64,000 nucleotides of DNA, from contig JAHDYR010000037.1 in the NCBI GenBank assembly GCA_019828565.1, positions 1 through 64,000 of the forward strand, given 5' to 3'. Shown here in pieces: positions 44,502-55,630 of the stretch; position 1 is the first letter of the stretch; every line of letters starts with the position of its first letter. This stretch comes from Carpediemonas membranifera BICM. Its lineage: Eukaryota > Protista > Fornicata. The translations under genes were made by a program, and so were the position numbers. The notes below the pieces were generated by a model that was not told the DNA's origin, did no database searches, and saw only the letters and a list, made by a program, of their open reading frames with translations.

Positions 44502-46205
44502 TTACAGCACCTCTCCGAAATTCAGTGTCATGAGCTTTGCCGGCAGGGGCAGCCTACCGTCCAGCCGCTGCTCGCCCATCGCCTCGGGGATCGCGGCCAG
44601 GTAGCGATCGGCAGTAGCGTGCAGCACGGAGCCTGCGGTGGTCAGGCGCTGCGCGATCCGGAAGCAGTATCTCGCCTCGTTGGGCAGGGTCATCTGGTGG
44701 AACAGCTGGCCCGTGATGACCCAGACGAAGGGGTCGGCGTACCTCTGCTGGATGCAATGGGAGTAGCACATCACGGCCTCGTCCGACTGACCGCGGGAGG
44801 CGAAGAGTCTGCCGAGGAGGAGGAACTTGTGGTAGGACTGGGAGTGCTTCAGCAACGGCAGCAGGTGCTCGAACGCGGTCATGCTCATGTTCTTGGCCAG
44901 GATCAGCTGGGCCAGCACGTACTGCACCGGCAGGGAGCCGGGCGTGTACACTGAGGCGGCCGTAAGGTGCGCGATGCACTCGTTGATCGCGGAGGACGCG
45001 GTGTCGTCGTTGGCTAAGGCGACGGGCTCCGTGCGCCACAGGCTCCAGTCGAGGTCGTACACCTCCGCTCCGGCCTTCTGGGGGTACGTCGTGACGAGCG
45101 TGTCGCCCTCGTGGCTGTGGGCCGCCTCGAGGACGTGCCAGCAGAGGTGGGTCGCCATGCGGGACAGGGACTCGAGGACGGTCTGGATGGCGCAGTTGGG
45201 GCCGCGCTCGATGATCTGGAGCAGCTGCTGCAGGTTTGGGCAGGACTGGATGCCAAGTCGGTGGATCGTCTGCACGAAGAGAGCGTCCTTGCCCTGGCAG
45301 CAGATCGGGCACACGTGCCGGAGCAGGCAGGACGGCGAGACAACGAGGTCCAGGGACCCCAGCGCCCGGGAGACGGTGTCGGGGCCGTCGGGCGTCCGCA
45401 TCTGCTGGAACAGGTCGAGCGCGTGGGGCTTCCAAACCTCGGACAGGGCGTAGAGGTCGCCTGAGGGGGCTTCGGGCTTGGGGACCGGGATCATCATGCG
45501 GATGTCCGGCGGGAGCAGGTTCATGATGGCGTCCGTCGCCTGGGGCTCGCTGGAGTGCTCGCGGCAGAGGTAGACCAGCGCCGTCATCGCCACAGCGGCA
45601 GAAAGATGGCGGTTGACAGCCACAGTACCCTCGGCGGCCGCAATGGCTGCACGAAGGTGCATCTCGGCAACAGAGACAGCATCAAGGTAGTGGAAGGCGA
45701 TGCCGCGGCACAGCGAGGCGCGGGGGTCGTCCATGCCGGCAACAGTCATGATGGCGTCGCTGTACTGGCCCCTGCGGAGGTAGAGGAAGGCGAGGGCGCT
45801 CTTGACGTCGGGGTGATCCGGGGCCGCATCCAGGGCCGCCTGGGCATAGAGCGTGGCCATGGAAGAAGCGGGGTTGTAGCGGCGGAACTCTGTGATGGTG
45901 TCAAATATGTCGTGCAGGGCCACGGGGCTGTCCGTGAACTGGATCATCCCCGCCAGCTGCTGAGAGATGAGGCGATGGTCGCCGCTCTCGCGCAGAGAAG
46001 AAGCGATACCGAAGAATAAACGACGGTGAATGGACTCAAAGATCTCATCGGGAATGTCAACAGTGCTCAGCTGCTCTTCGAGGACACTAATCTCAGGTCT
46101 GATGCTGTACGCCTGATCGACGTTGAGGAAATGGGAGAGCTGGATCGAATCATCTCCTTGGTTTAGAGATTGTGCCGATTGCCACGTGCTTTCGTGATGA
46201 GCCAT
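44502..46205 (-). CDS. TPR-repeat protein
   Basis: 567-aa ORF with GC3-rich codons and TPR-like helices (LGRLFASRGQSDEAVMCYSHCIQ, VWVITGQLFHQ…EARYCFRIA). Confidence 0.75.
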   Translation of the reverse strand: MAHHESTWQSAQSLNQGDDSIQLSHFLNVDQAYSIRPEISVLEEQLSTVDIPDEIFESIHRRLFFGIASSLRESGDHRLISQQLAGMIQFTDSPVALHDIFDTITEFRRYNPASSMATLYAQAALDAAPDHPDVKSALAFLYLRRGQYSDAIMTVAGMDDPRASLCRGIAFHYLDAVSVAEMHLRAAIAAAEGTVAVNRHLSAAVAMTALVYLCREHSSEPQATDAIMNLLPPDIRMMIPVPKPEAPSGDLYALSEVWKPHALDLFQQMRTPDGPDTVSRALGSLDLVVSPSCLLRHVCPICCQGKDALFVQTIHRLGIQSCPNLQQLLQIIERGPNCAIQTVLESLSRMATHLCWHVLEAAHSHEGDTLVTTYPQKAGAEVYDLDWSLWRTEPVALANDDTASSAINECIAHLTAASVYTPGSLPVQYVLAQLILAKNMSMTAFEHLLPLLKHSQSYHKFLLLGRLFASRGQSDEAVMCYSHCIQQRYADPFVWVITGQLFHQMTLPNEARYCFRIAQRLTTAGSVLHATADRYLAAIPEAMGEQRLDGRLPLPAKLMTLNFGEVL

Positions 46206-46381
46206 GATCAATTAGCTTCAGCCAGGCTCGGACCAAGAGAAGATTTTCGATCGATTTTAAACCGATCTTGACCATCCAAACTAGCGGCAAGATCAGCTGG
46301 AATGGTGGCCGATGCTCGAGTCGTGTTGTCAGAAATCATTCATTCGTCAAACATCTTGAGTCTGCAACCCTGATCATCCAG

Positions 46382-47071
46382 ATGGCAGACTGCCCGCATA
46401 GACCCATCTCCCCATATCAGCCGGACTCAGGTAACGGAGTTCATTCGTTCCCAACTCGCCCGACTCGCGTAACGAGTCATCAAATTGCCGACCTGATGAA
46501 TGTCCACGCTGTTGCCCAGGAATGCAAGAAAATGAAGGAATTTATCGAGAGCGTGACAAATGAAGCAGACTCGCTCAAGTACATACGAGACGTGAACCCC
46601 TTTGTGGCGCAATCAGTACGTTACCTTTGAACCAGGCTTATCCAAAACAAGACGGCCCTGGTTACTGCACTAAGGTCACTAATAGATGTAGAGAATGCGC
46701 TACATGGCGAAGAGTTACCGGTGAATACGTTATCAGTCGTCGGGCAGGTTCAGCCGGCGCTGGCTCACGAGTCGATGCTCCAAAGCGCGGAGTGGGTTGG
46801 CGGTTTCACCCAACTGCGCCTACTGAACGTTCCTGACACGTGTATGCTGTCCGGACGACCCATGGAAGATCCTGTGCGGTCTACGTTGTGTGGACACTAC
46901 TTCGACAAGCCCGCCATCACGGCCTACCTCAAGGAGGAGAAAGAGCGTCACCGATCCGCACTCGACGTGTACCGGTGTCCCGTGGACGGGTGCGACATGC
47001 TGCTCAACCGGCATGCATTCGAGCAGATCGTCCCCGTCGACCCCCGGCTCGCCCCGACCCAGGATAGCTGA
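46382..47071 (+). CDS. SP-RING zinc-finger protein, Nse2/Mms21-like SUMO E3 ligase (exon structure uncertain)
   Basis: CMLSGRPMEDPVRSTLCGHYFDK…CPVDGC. The upstream ORF is in the same frame with one TGA at 46628, probably inside a short intron starting GTACGT at 46616. Confidence 0.6.
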
Positions 47072-47273
47072 GCTGCGTGCCGTCTAAATTACACCGGGCG
47101 ATACCCTTTACTGTATCTAGTCTATATCGTCGATGTCGATGCAGCTCCCTGCCGTCGAGCGCGTCTCGGTATCGGTCAGACGCTGTGGCAGTTTATAGTA
47201 AATAGATCTCATGGCTTTCTGTCCTGGAACAACCACAGTAATTGCTTATATACATTATATATATAGTAATTAC

Positions 47274-48756
47274 TTATAGACGCCCCAATGTCGAAACCGA
47301 CGTAGACTCGTCCGCCCGACGCACACAGATGCTGCTGTCACTCGAGAACACATCCGCAGACGAGTCTCCAAGGAGACTCTGTCTACCTGACGAGGCGGCA
47401 ATGGCGTCGAGGGCGCACCGGAGGAACTCGATGCGGGGGCCCTGCCGCTTGACGAAGAGCGCCGCGGTGAAGTCGGGCGTGGTGTCGTAGAACTGGATGA
47501 GAAAGCGGACTGTGACGAGTCCCACCTGCACCGTGCACTTCAGCTTGCCCAGATGCCCCAGCCGGACCACGGTGAAAGCGCCGCTGAAGAGGTCGCGGCA
47601 ATGGGCTTCGGTCCGGTCCATCGCGTCCGACACGGCTCCGGGCACGATCATGAGCAGGCGGCGGGTGTCAAACAGCGAGTCGGGCGGGGCCAGCTCGAAC
47701 AGGGCCGACAGGGACAGCAGGTCGAAGGCGTTCATCGAGGGCAGGCCGGAGCCCTCCTGCTCGGGTCCAAGCAGAGTGAGCACGGCGTCCATGACATGAT
47801 CGGTTACCACGACGCGGGCGCACTCGCTGCCAGTCTCGACCAGCGGCACCAGCGGCACGACGGGGTGAACCACGGCCAGCTTCCCCTGAACAAAGGGGTG
47901 CTGCGCCACCTCGGCCATCGTGGCACGGCGGGTCGGGTCTACGACCAGCAGTCTTCGGATGAGGGACGCCGCGTCGGCCGGAACCTCGGCGGGTATTGCG
48001 AAACGGCCGGCCTTGATCCGCGAGAAGAGGCCCTTCATGTCCTTGCCGGAGAACGGGACGCAGCCAGTGAGCATCACATAGAGCAACACCTGTGTGAGGG
48101 CGGGTCGGGGTACGAACTCCGAGGCTCCACATGTCAGCCAGCCGACCGTCATACTTGCCCCGCGACACCACCTCCGGGGCCACGTAGTGCGGCGATCCAC
48201 AGCAGGTCGCGAGCATTGTTGCCCTGAAGCCCTGCACGTATAGCGCAGACAGCCCGAAGTCCGAGATCTTGGCGTTGCCGTGCTCGTCCAACAGGATGTT
48301 CTCGGGCTTCAGGTCACGGTGGACGATGCCCTTCTTGTGGCAATGGTCTACCGCCGACAGCAGCTGGATCATGTAACGGCGGGCCACGCCGACCGGAAAG
48401 TGCCTCTCCAGGGCGAGCCGGTCGAGGAGCTCTCCACCCGTGACAAGCTCCATGACGAGGTAGATGTGCGAGCTGGAGGCCAGGACCTCCCTGAGATTGA
48501 CGACGTTCGGGTGGTCCAGCATGCGGAGACATGCCACTTCGGTCCTTATGTGGGTGAGAGAGCTCGTCGAGGCATCCTTTGTTGAGATAATCTTGATTGC
48601 AACGCGTTCGTTGGTTTTGGCGTGGATGGCTTGCTTGACCTTCGCAAAGCTACCACGACCAAGCGTGCGCTCCAAACGATAGCTGCCAATCATTGAAGTG
48701 CGGGTAACGTTGTCATTCGTGCTCCTCCGTGAAGAAAAGTGGTTATTACTTCCCAT
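47274..48756 (-). CDS. CBL-interacting (CIPK/SnRK3-like) Ser/Thr kinase; join(48118-48756, 47274-48089)
   Basis: GRGSFAKV, VAIK, HRDLKPEN, DFG, GSPHYVAPE; splicing restores DMWSLG-VLLYVML; NAF motif MNAFDLLSLS. Confidence 0.9.
48090..48117 (-). other. 28-nt spliceosomal intron
   Basis: GTTCGTACCCCGACCCGCCCTCACACAG; its removal fuses the two kinase ORFs in frame within subdomain IX. Confidence 0.85.
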
Positions 48757-48977
48757 AATGTGTTGTTTGAAACGATTCGTGTTGGCACAACGAGCAATTG
48801 GCCCTGGCGTGCTGACTAGATCCGTTGCCCCGGGCACCAATCTGGAAAATCACCATGTCTGCAGAAAAATTGCGAAACACTCGGTTCGATTCGTTGATAC
48901 GCCTGGGATCAGCACAATATCCGGCACATCTGGGGTCAATTAACCGCTATGCCGAGGTCTGTCGCATCTTTACAGCC

Positions 48978-49775
48978 TCACTGAAGCTGCGCTACCATGG
49001 CCTCGGCGATCCCGCGCCACGTCACAGCCGTCGAGCTGCCAGGGTGCTCCATCAGGAACATCGCACCGGTCTCCTCCGCCTCAGCGAGCTCTGGGTCGAG
49101 CGGGACGCGGCCGAGGAAGGGGACGCCCGCCTCATGGGCCAGCGCCTCGCCGCCCCCGTGCCCGAAGATGTATGTGACATGTGAGCAGTCGGGGCATGCG
49201 AATCCTGACATGTTCTCAATGAACCCAAGTGTGGCTATGCCCGTCTTCCGGGCAAAGGAGATCTCCTTGCGGACGTCGAGCGTTGCCACCTCCTGAGGCG
49301 TCGAAACGAGCACGCAGCCGTCTGGCCGAGCCGTAGAGAGAGCTTGCACGACCGCCATGTGCTCGTCACTTGTGCCGGGTGGCGTGTCGATGATGAGATA
49401 GTCGAGCGGCCCGAAGTGTGTCATCGAGAGGAACTGGGCGACCATGCCGCTCTTACGGGGCCCACGCCACACTACAGGGTCGTTCCGGTCGCCCAGCAGG
49501 TATCCGATAGACATAACAGAGAGGTTGTCGGTGACCTTGACCGGATTCCAGCCCTCGGACGTCTGAAGAATGTCGGCGTTTGTTGTGCCTGTAATAGTCG
49601 GCAAGCTTGGCCCGCAGACGTCTATATCTAGTATTCCTACCTTGAGTCCCACCAGAGACAGGGAAGTCGCCAGCTGAAGGGCACAGGTGCTCTTTCCGAC
49701 GCCTCCTTTCCCAGAGAGGACCAATATGATGTGTTTAACATCTCTCATGCGATACTGTACTTCTTCCGCAGACAT
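48978..49775 (-). CDS. CFD1: Cytosolic Fe-S assembly P-loop NTPase Cfd1/NUBP2
   Basis: SGKGGVGKST, DIDVCGPS, WRGPRK, DTPPGTSDEH, ENMSGFACPDC; lacks the N-terminal Cys cluster of Nbp35. Confidence 0.88.
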   Translation of the reverse strand: MSAEEVQYRMRDVKHIILVLSGKGGVGKSTCALQLATSLSLVGLKVGILDIDVCGPSLPTITGTTNADILQTSEGWNPVKVTDNLSVMSIGYLLGDRNDPVVWRGPRKSGMVAQFLSMTHFGPLDYLIIDTPPGTSDEHMAVVQALSTARPDGCVLVSTPQEVATLDVRKEISFARKTGIATLGFIENMSGFACPDCSHVTYIFGHGGGEALAHEAGVPFLGRVPLDPELAEAEETGAMFLMEHPGSSTAVTWRGIAEAMVAQLQ

Positions 49776-50859
49776 TGTGTCTTTGCTACTGATTGCGGCC
49801 TGAGTTAAGGGTCCGCGGCACGGTGGGCCATGTCGGAAATCGGAAAGTGCTGAGTCGATCTAGAGTTTGGGTGCCGGTGCACCTGAGGCGGTCAACTCAA
49901 CCGGGGCCATGGGGACGACGATGTACACGACTGCCGGCCGCACCTCACCCAGGTCTGTGGCGGGAGGGCGCTTCATCGCCACTCAGCTTCGGGCCCGTCA
50001 CATATTGGCCTGCACCGCGGGCTGAGTCCGAGCTCGAGGTAGCATGTCTTTGCACATGGCCCAATGACGACAACGGTGGCCGCCAACACCGGAGTTGGGA
50101 AAAGTGGTACAGCCGGACTGGAACGTCGCGGTGGTTTCCGGTCGCTGTGTTCTGCCGTGCTATTTTCGTCCGCTTGGGCCTGCTTGTGGCACATTTACTG
50201 GCGGTTATCGCTGGCAGTGAGTGACGGATGTGGCATGCTTTGTTGAAATGAAGATAGTAAGAATGCCCCATGCCCCATTGCCATATTTCATTGCATATGC
50301 AGCAAATAAGGACATTGAATCATTAGGGACCTCCTGGTAAAGCCATGTCGAGAAAAACAGGATGAATGTGGTAATCTGAGGCGGTGTCGTGGACATGCAA
50401 AACCTTGATCCCTTGAATGCTATTCGAACACATCTGCAGATTATGGTATAGTATACCAAACTGCTGCATCGTCTGCTTTCATTTCGATGGGGTCGAGGAA
50501 TTGTCCTCGGCAATCCTGCACCGCGCATTGCTCATCAATCAGGCGCCCTCAAGCATTCTACTTCGAGCTGTCGAAGACCAAGAGTGTGTATGTCAAAGTT
50601 AGGCTTTCGTGTGGCTTGAGAAAGACTCATCCGAACGATTATTTCTGTAAGAATGTCATATTGATTCTGAAATAACGTACCTGCAAATATTTCGTAGTCA
50701 GACAGGTCACGACCTGCCGACGGTGGGAGTGATAGCTGGATAATTTAAATGAATTACAGGCGACCCAGCGAGAAACCGTGTTGCACACGACTACAACTGT
50801 TCTACCTTTAACAACCCCCAGAAGATGTTTCATCCCATCGCCACGCCAACGACTGTTCC

Positions 50860-52965
50860 CTAATCGATCGTCAGGTCCACTACAGCCGGTGACAGTCTGA
50901 GGGCTTCTTCACAATATGCAAGTACGCTCTCCTGGGAAGCCCAGGTGCCAAGCGCCTGTATAACCGTTACTGGTATCCCCTTCTTCATCATGGCAACCAC
51001 TGCTCCTCGTCTGAAGGAGTGGAGTGTCACTGGCACATGAAGCAACTCCGTAAGGTCCTCCTGGACCTCCCATCTTAGTATCGCTCTCTCCAAGAGTCTT
51101 CCGCCTGCTAGTTCCATCGTGACTCCAGCCAGCGGAGCGCCTCTCCACAGGGGTCCGTCTCTCACGTTACTCAGGTGCCGCAGCAACCAGGCTGTTGGGC
51201 AGTGCTCCTCCCGTCGACTCTGTGGTACCATCTTGAGGACGTTCTGCCGCGTCTTTGTTCTCTCCAGTCGAATGATTAGGTGACCACCCTCCCATGTGAT
51301 GTCGCTCCGTCTCAGAGCCAAGATCTCACCCATTCGGGAAACCGTGGAGAATGTCAGGGTCGCTAGGGCAATGGCCTGTGTCAACTGTGGCGTCTGCTCT
51401 CCGTCATATCGATCTATGGCATGGCATATCTGCGCCCACGAGATGGGGAGGGCACGGCCAGTCCTTCTTAGCTGCGACTCGAGCGACGCTGATGCCTCCT
51501 TGGCGATCGCCTTGATGACCTTGCTGTCATAAGGGTTCTCTCGTCTAGGGGAGCCGAGGGCTCTCAGGCCTATGGTGATGCGGGAGAACTTGGTGGTCAG
51601 TCTTCCGCCGCTCATCTCGAGCGCTTCATGGGTCATGTAGTCCCAAAGGGGGTCACCTACAGCTCGGATGGCCTGTCTAATCTTCTCCAGTCCCGCCGGG
51701 AGGGTGACCTCCTCTCGTGGCTCCGTTGCCCACTTTCTGAAAGCAAAGGTCTCGCGTATGATGTCCTCCTTGGTCGTCTGTGCCTTCCCTATCAGCTCCA
51801 GGGACGGTTCTATGCGAGTTCGGAACTCTGCTGGGATGACTAGGTTCCAGTTGGGTCGTCTCTGCACTCGCGGTTGTCCGGTTCGTCTGACCAGGCCCGC
51901 GGCCCTGAAGTCGCGATCTTGTAGGATCTTCGCCGCTGCGACATAGCCGTCAACGTCACATAGTAGTTGGCTTTGACCTGCGGGACTATGATCCAGACCC
52001 CCTCCGTCTGCAGAGCTGGTGGTACTGTTGAGGATCGAGCTATCGTGGCAAGCCGCTGCACTGCCTGGTCTATCTGCTTCATCTGGGGCATCAACAGGAA
52101 GCGCCCAGCTGTCCAGTCTCTCGCTATCGTCTCCGTCCAGGGGGAGTCCGTCAGGACCGCCTCCACCGTGCCCCACCGGGCTGCTGTCTCCAACAGGACT
52201 GAGTCTGGTGCCATCCAGGGAGCAAACGATCCAGTGCTCCGGCGTGACAGATAGTCTGCATTCCAGTTCGTGCTGCCCTTCGAGTAGAATGTCCTCAGCG
52301 TCGCTCGTGCTCGTGTAAGACGAAGCCAGAGGGCTCTCACCTCCTGTCTGACCTCCTTCGGGGCTCTTGTTGAGCTGACCTGCACCCAGCCCTTCGCTGC
52401 TGATGAGTATGTCACGAGCCATATGCTCCGTGCTCCCGCCTGCAGTGCTGCCTTGACCCCGCGCACTCCCATGAGTGTCTCCTTGGCGGTGATGTGTAGG
52501 TGGCGCGGAAGGGATGCTTCTATCTGGTGTGTGCCTGTCGCCGTGAAGATTACGGCCCCTCCGGCTGAGTCTGATGCGTCTGACTCCACTCTCGCGTCGA
52601 AGTTCGGTGTTGTCATGGGGCTCTCGCATCTCGTCTTGAGTGTTGTCTCCCACCACGCTAGATCCGCTCTGGTGGCGCTGTTGAGGGTCTCTCGTCCGAA
52701 CCTGAAGTCCTTCCTCCTCGATAGGGCTGAACTCAAAACCATCAGCTCCCGCAGCATGACGAGCGCGGCATCTCCGATGGCGAATCTGGTGAAATTCAGC
52801 TTCCCGATAAGCTTCTGAAGGTCCTTCTTGATAAAGCGCTTGGCTCTCATGAGTTGTTGCACTTCTTGCAGATACTTGTCCCGTTTGTCGTCGGGGAGCA
52901 CGAAGGTCATGGATTGTGAGTTCAACATCATTCCGAGGTACTTCACTTGCTTTGATGGCGTCCAT
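50860..52965 (-). CDS. Tyrosine recombinase ORF (true start probably downstream of the listed start)
   Basis: SRMGEILAL, RTKT, HSFRRG, GTWASQESVLAY: R-K-HxxR-W-Y catalytic set. Confidence 0.85.
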   Translation of the reverse strand: MDAIKASEVPRNDVELTIHDLRAPRRQTGQVSARSATTHESQALYQEGPSEAYREAEFHQIRHRRCRARHAAGADGFEFSPIEEEGLQVRTRDPQQRHQSGSSVVGDNTQDEMREPHDNTELRRESGVRRIRLSRRGRNLHGDRHTPDRSIPSAPPTHHRQGDTHGSARGQGSTAGGSTEHMARDILISSEGLGAGQLNKSPEGGQTGGESPLASSYTSTSDAEDILLEGQHELECRLSVTPEHWIVCSLDGTRLSPVGDSSPVGHGGGGPDGLPLDGDDSERLDSWALPVDAPDEADRPGSAAACHDSSILNSTTSSADGGGLDHSPAGQSQLLCDVDGYVAAAKILQDRDFRAAGLVRRTGQPRVQRRPNWNLVIPAEFRTRIEPSLELIGKAQTTKEDIIRETFAFRKWATEPREEVTLPAGLEKIRQAIRAVGDPLWDYMTHEALEMSGGRLTTKFSRITIGLRALGSPRRENPYDSKVIKAIAKEASASLESQLRRTGRALPISWAQICHAIDRYDGEQTPQLTQAIALATLTFSTVSRMGEILALRRSDITWEGGHLIIRLERTKTRQNVLKMVPQSRREEHCPTAWLLRHLSNVRDGPLWRGAPLAGVTMELAGGRLLERAILRWEVQEDLTELLHVPVTLHSFRRGAVVAMMKKGIPVTVIQALGTWASQESVLAYCEEALRLSPAVVDLTID

Positions 52966-53159
52966 ATTGACTTGTCCTGGTTCACAGCGATGCCGAAGTC
53001 TGTGAGCATCGACAAAAACTGCGGAAGAATGCTCTCAAGGTATCTCTGCGAATTGTGCGCTATCAGCCAGTCGTCTAGATAGACGACTATCCTTAGCTGC
53101 AGGGACTCCGCAATAAATCTGGCGGCATGCTTCGAGACCTGTTGGAAAGTCCGTGGGGC
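51840..53159 (-). CDS. DIRS RT-RNase H with a degenerate methyltransferase-like tail (5' truncated)
   Basis: IVVYLDDWLI at ~53060-53090, KYLGM, ESDASDSAGG, HITAKE, NADYLSR. Confidence 0.85.
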   Translation of the reverse strand, partial: APRTFQQVSKHAARFIAESLQLRIVVYLDDWLIAHNSQRYLESILPQFLSMLTDFGIAVNQDKSIWTPSKQVKYLGMMLNSQSMTFVLPDDKRDKYLQEVQQLMRAKRFIKKDLQKLIGKLNFTRFAIGDAALVMLRELMVLSSALSRRKDFRFGRETLNSATRADLAWWETTLKTRCESPMTTPNFDARVESDASDSAGGAVIFTATGTHQIEASLPRHLHITAKETLMGVRGVKAALQAGARSIWLVTYSSAAKGWVQVSSTRAPKEVRQEVRALWLRLTRARATLRTFYSKGSTNWNADYLSRRSTGSFAPWMAPDSVLLETAARWGTVEAVLTDSPWTETIARDWTAGRFLLMPQMKQIDQAVQRLATIARSSTVPPALQTEGVWIIVPQVKANYYVTLTAMSQRRRSYKIATSGPRAWSDEPDNRECRDDPTGT

Positions 53160-53252
53160 TGTGGTGACTCAGTTAAGGGCAAAACAATTGACGAGTGTGT
53201 GATTTACAAAGAATGGTACGTAGACCATAAATATATGAGTAGCCCCGTGACA
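53160..53252 (-). repeat. 3' LTR (93 bp) of minus-strand Gypsy family G5
   Basis: TG…CA ends; minus-strand PPT GAAGGAGAGAGGGGGTAGGA immediately upstream. Confidence 0.75.
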
Positions 53253-53272
53253 TCCTACCCCCTCTCTCCTTC

Positions 53273-55630
53273 TCAGGGATTGTTCTCAAACTGAACGGGG
53301 CGCCATCGTAGGCGATGCCGACGGAGGTAGTCCTGGACGATGCCCAGGTGCTTGTTAGCTGTGGAGTACTTCTCCCAGGTGGGGACCTTATAGCCCTCCC
53401 ATCTGATCAGCAGCTCATGCGTCCTCGCGCGATGCTTGACAATCTCTTCAGCGACGTATAACTCGTCGTCTGACGCCCGCATCTGTCGGGCTTAAGTCAG
53501 CTCTATAGCCGGGCACGGTGCGAGCTTGGACCTGTGGACAACCTCTCTGCGTTGTTCAAGGACCGACTCGAGTTCCACGGCCTTACCTTTCTGGGCCAGG
53601 ATCTTGTAGGGCCCAAGCAGTCCGTGTAGCTTGTTCTTCGTCACTGGTCTCTTGAAAACCAGCATTCCAGGCTCGATGACCTCTTCCTTGAACTTGCGGA
53701 AGTCCTCTGAGCCCTCGTCAACTAATGTCTCGTCAGCGAGCTGTTGCAGATCACGAAGCGCTCTCAGGTAGTCCGCGGCATTCCTTACCTCCCCCTCCGG
53801 CTCATTCGACGTCATCACGTCGCCTAGCTGAACCCGGCCGATGTCGTTGCGCCGGCCATAGATGAGCTCATTGGGGGAGAATCCCGTATCTGAGTGCGTA
53901 GTGTTGTTCAAAATGTGTTGTGCTAGCGGCAAGACGTGAGACCAATGATCAAAACCGTCCATTGCCAACACCATCCATCGAATGTGTCTCATGACCTCTC
54001 CGTTGCGACGTTCAACAACTCCGTTGGACTCCGGGCTGTAGGGGAGGGTATATTGGTGGTGGGTCTTAAGTGTCTCTACTAGGCCCTCCACGAGCTTGTT
54101 GGTGTATTCGACGCCGTTGTCGGACTTGATATACTGTGGGATACCGTGTCTCAGGACACTCTGCCACAGGGCCTTGGTGGCGCTCTCTGCGTCGTTGGCG
54201 TGTGATGGCATAAGCTCGGTGTACCGTGTGCATAAGTCGGTGATGACATAGATGTATCGGTTGCCTTCGGAGTCCATGCTAATCGGACCGATCGTGTCGA
54301 TCGCGATGGACCTCCAGGGCGTCGTGCTCGTGGTTCTGAAGATCTTGTTGTCCTGGATGTATTGTCTAATCCGCGTCTTTGCGCAGACGGGGCACGTCTT
54401 GACGGTGTTGCTAGCGTCACTCGCCAGGCCGGCCCAAATGCCAATCTCCTTGGCCTTCTGTATTGTCTTGTCTCGGCCTTCATGCCAGCGATGAGCGTGC
54501 TTCAGTATACGTCGCTTAAGCTCTGCCGAGGCCTGCGGGATCACGGGAATACCTTCCACCGTGATTATCCTGTCGTGCTGAATGTTCTTGTACTGTTCGC
54601 GCTCCTCGTCTGAGAAGTCACGTTCTTGCGTGTCTTTGATCAGTTGTGTGAAGCTATTGGCTGTATTCTCCAAAGCAACCAGCAATGTGTTGGATATTCT
54701 GGAAAGATGATCAGCCACAACGTTGGACGATCCTGCGACGTGTGAAACGGTAAAATGGTAATCCGAAAGTATCAAGGACCACCTTAGGATCTTGTCGTTC
54801 ACATACTTCTTGTTATTGAGGTAAACTAGGTTGCGGTGATCCGACATGACCTTAAAGTGCGGATGGATCTTGAACAGGGCCGTCAGGTCCGGGCGCGTCA
54901 CGGTGTACAGGATAGCGTAGAGCTCCTGCTCATATGTGCTCCATCTGCTTTGCGTCTCGGTAAATGTGCCCGAGAAGAGGCTGACGAGCTCTTCGGCTCC
55001 GTCCTCTGATCGTTGTGTGAGCATACCTCCGAACCCTTCGTTGGAGGCGTCGGTGTGAAGCGTCCACTCCTTGGTCAGGTCCGGGAAGGCTAAGCTTGTT
55101 GTCGCCGAGAGCTTCTCCTTGAAGTTGTCGAACGTTTCTTGGCAGCATGCATCCCAGCGACCTTCAATGTCCCTATTGCCACCTTTCTTAAGGTTCTGAA
55201 GTGGTCGAAGCATCCGAGAGGAGTCGTGCACAAACTTTGAGACGTAGTTAAACGATCCGAGCGTTGTCTGCAGCTCTTTCAGTGTTCTGGGACGTCTGAT
55301 GTTCTTAACTGCTTCTACACGTTGGTGAGACAGTCTGTATCCATCCTTGTCGCATATATACCCCACAATCTCAACGGACCGGGCCCCGAAGATGCACTTC
55401 TCGGCTTTCAGTCGGAGTCTATATTGACGACAGGTCTCGAAGGACGCCCGAAGACGCTCGATGAACTCGTCTGTCGACCCTGCGTGTACTCGAATGTCGT
55501 CGAGATAGGCACTCACGTCCCGCTGTCTCAGTGGAGCAAAGGCAGAATCCATGGCTCTCTGGAAATGTGCGGGCGCGTTGGTGAGGCCGAAGGGCAGGCG
55601 GGTGTACTCCTTGTAGCCATCTGGTGTGAT
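53273..55630 (-). pseudogene. Gypsy G5 pol fragment (RT, RNase H, integrase) with an in-frame chromodomain after a TAA stop
   Basis: LPFGLTNAP, YLDDI, HTDAS, SDNGVEY, SNGVVER; LYVAEEIVKHR…IRWEGY…TWE. Confidence 0.85.

Larger units (their letters stand above)
50860..53159 (-). mobile_element. DIRS-type tyrosine-recombinase retrotransposon, 3' portion (cut in RT by a Gypsy LTR)
   Basis: Overlapping RT/RNase H and YR frames, as is typical of DIRS-class elements. Confidence 0.88.

Noticed and set aside
44502-49775. Host genes as element cargo or part of the system; alternative genetic code
   Set aside because: They lie outside the chain's terminal junction and look like ordinary housekeeping genes; two end in TAA, arguing against TAR=Gln.
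49793-50833. Short ORFs between CFD1 and the DIRS element
   Set aside because: No recognisable motifs or codon bias; DIRS terminal repeats could not be defined.
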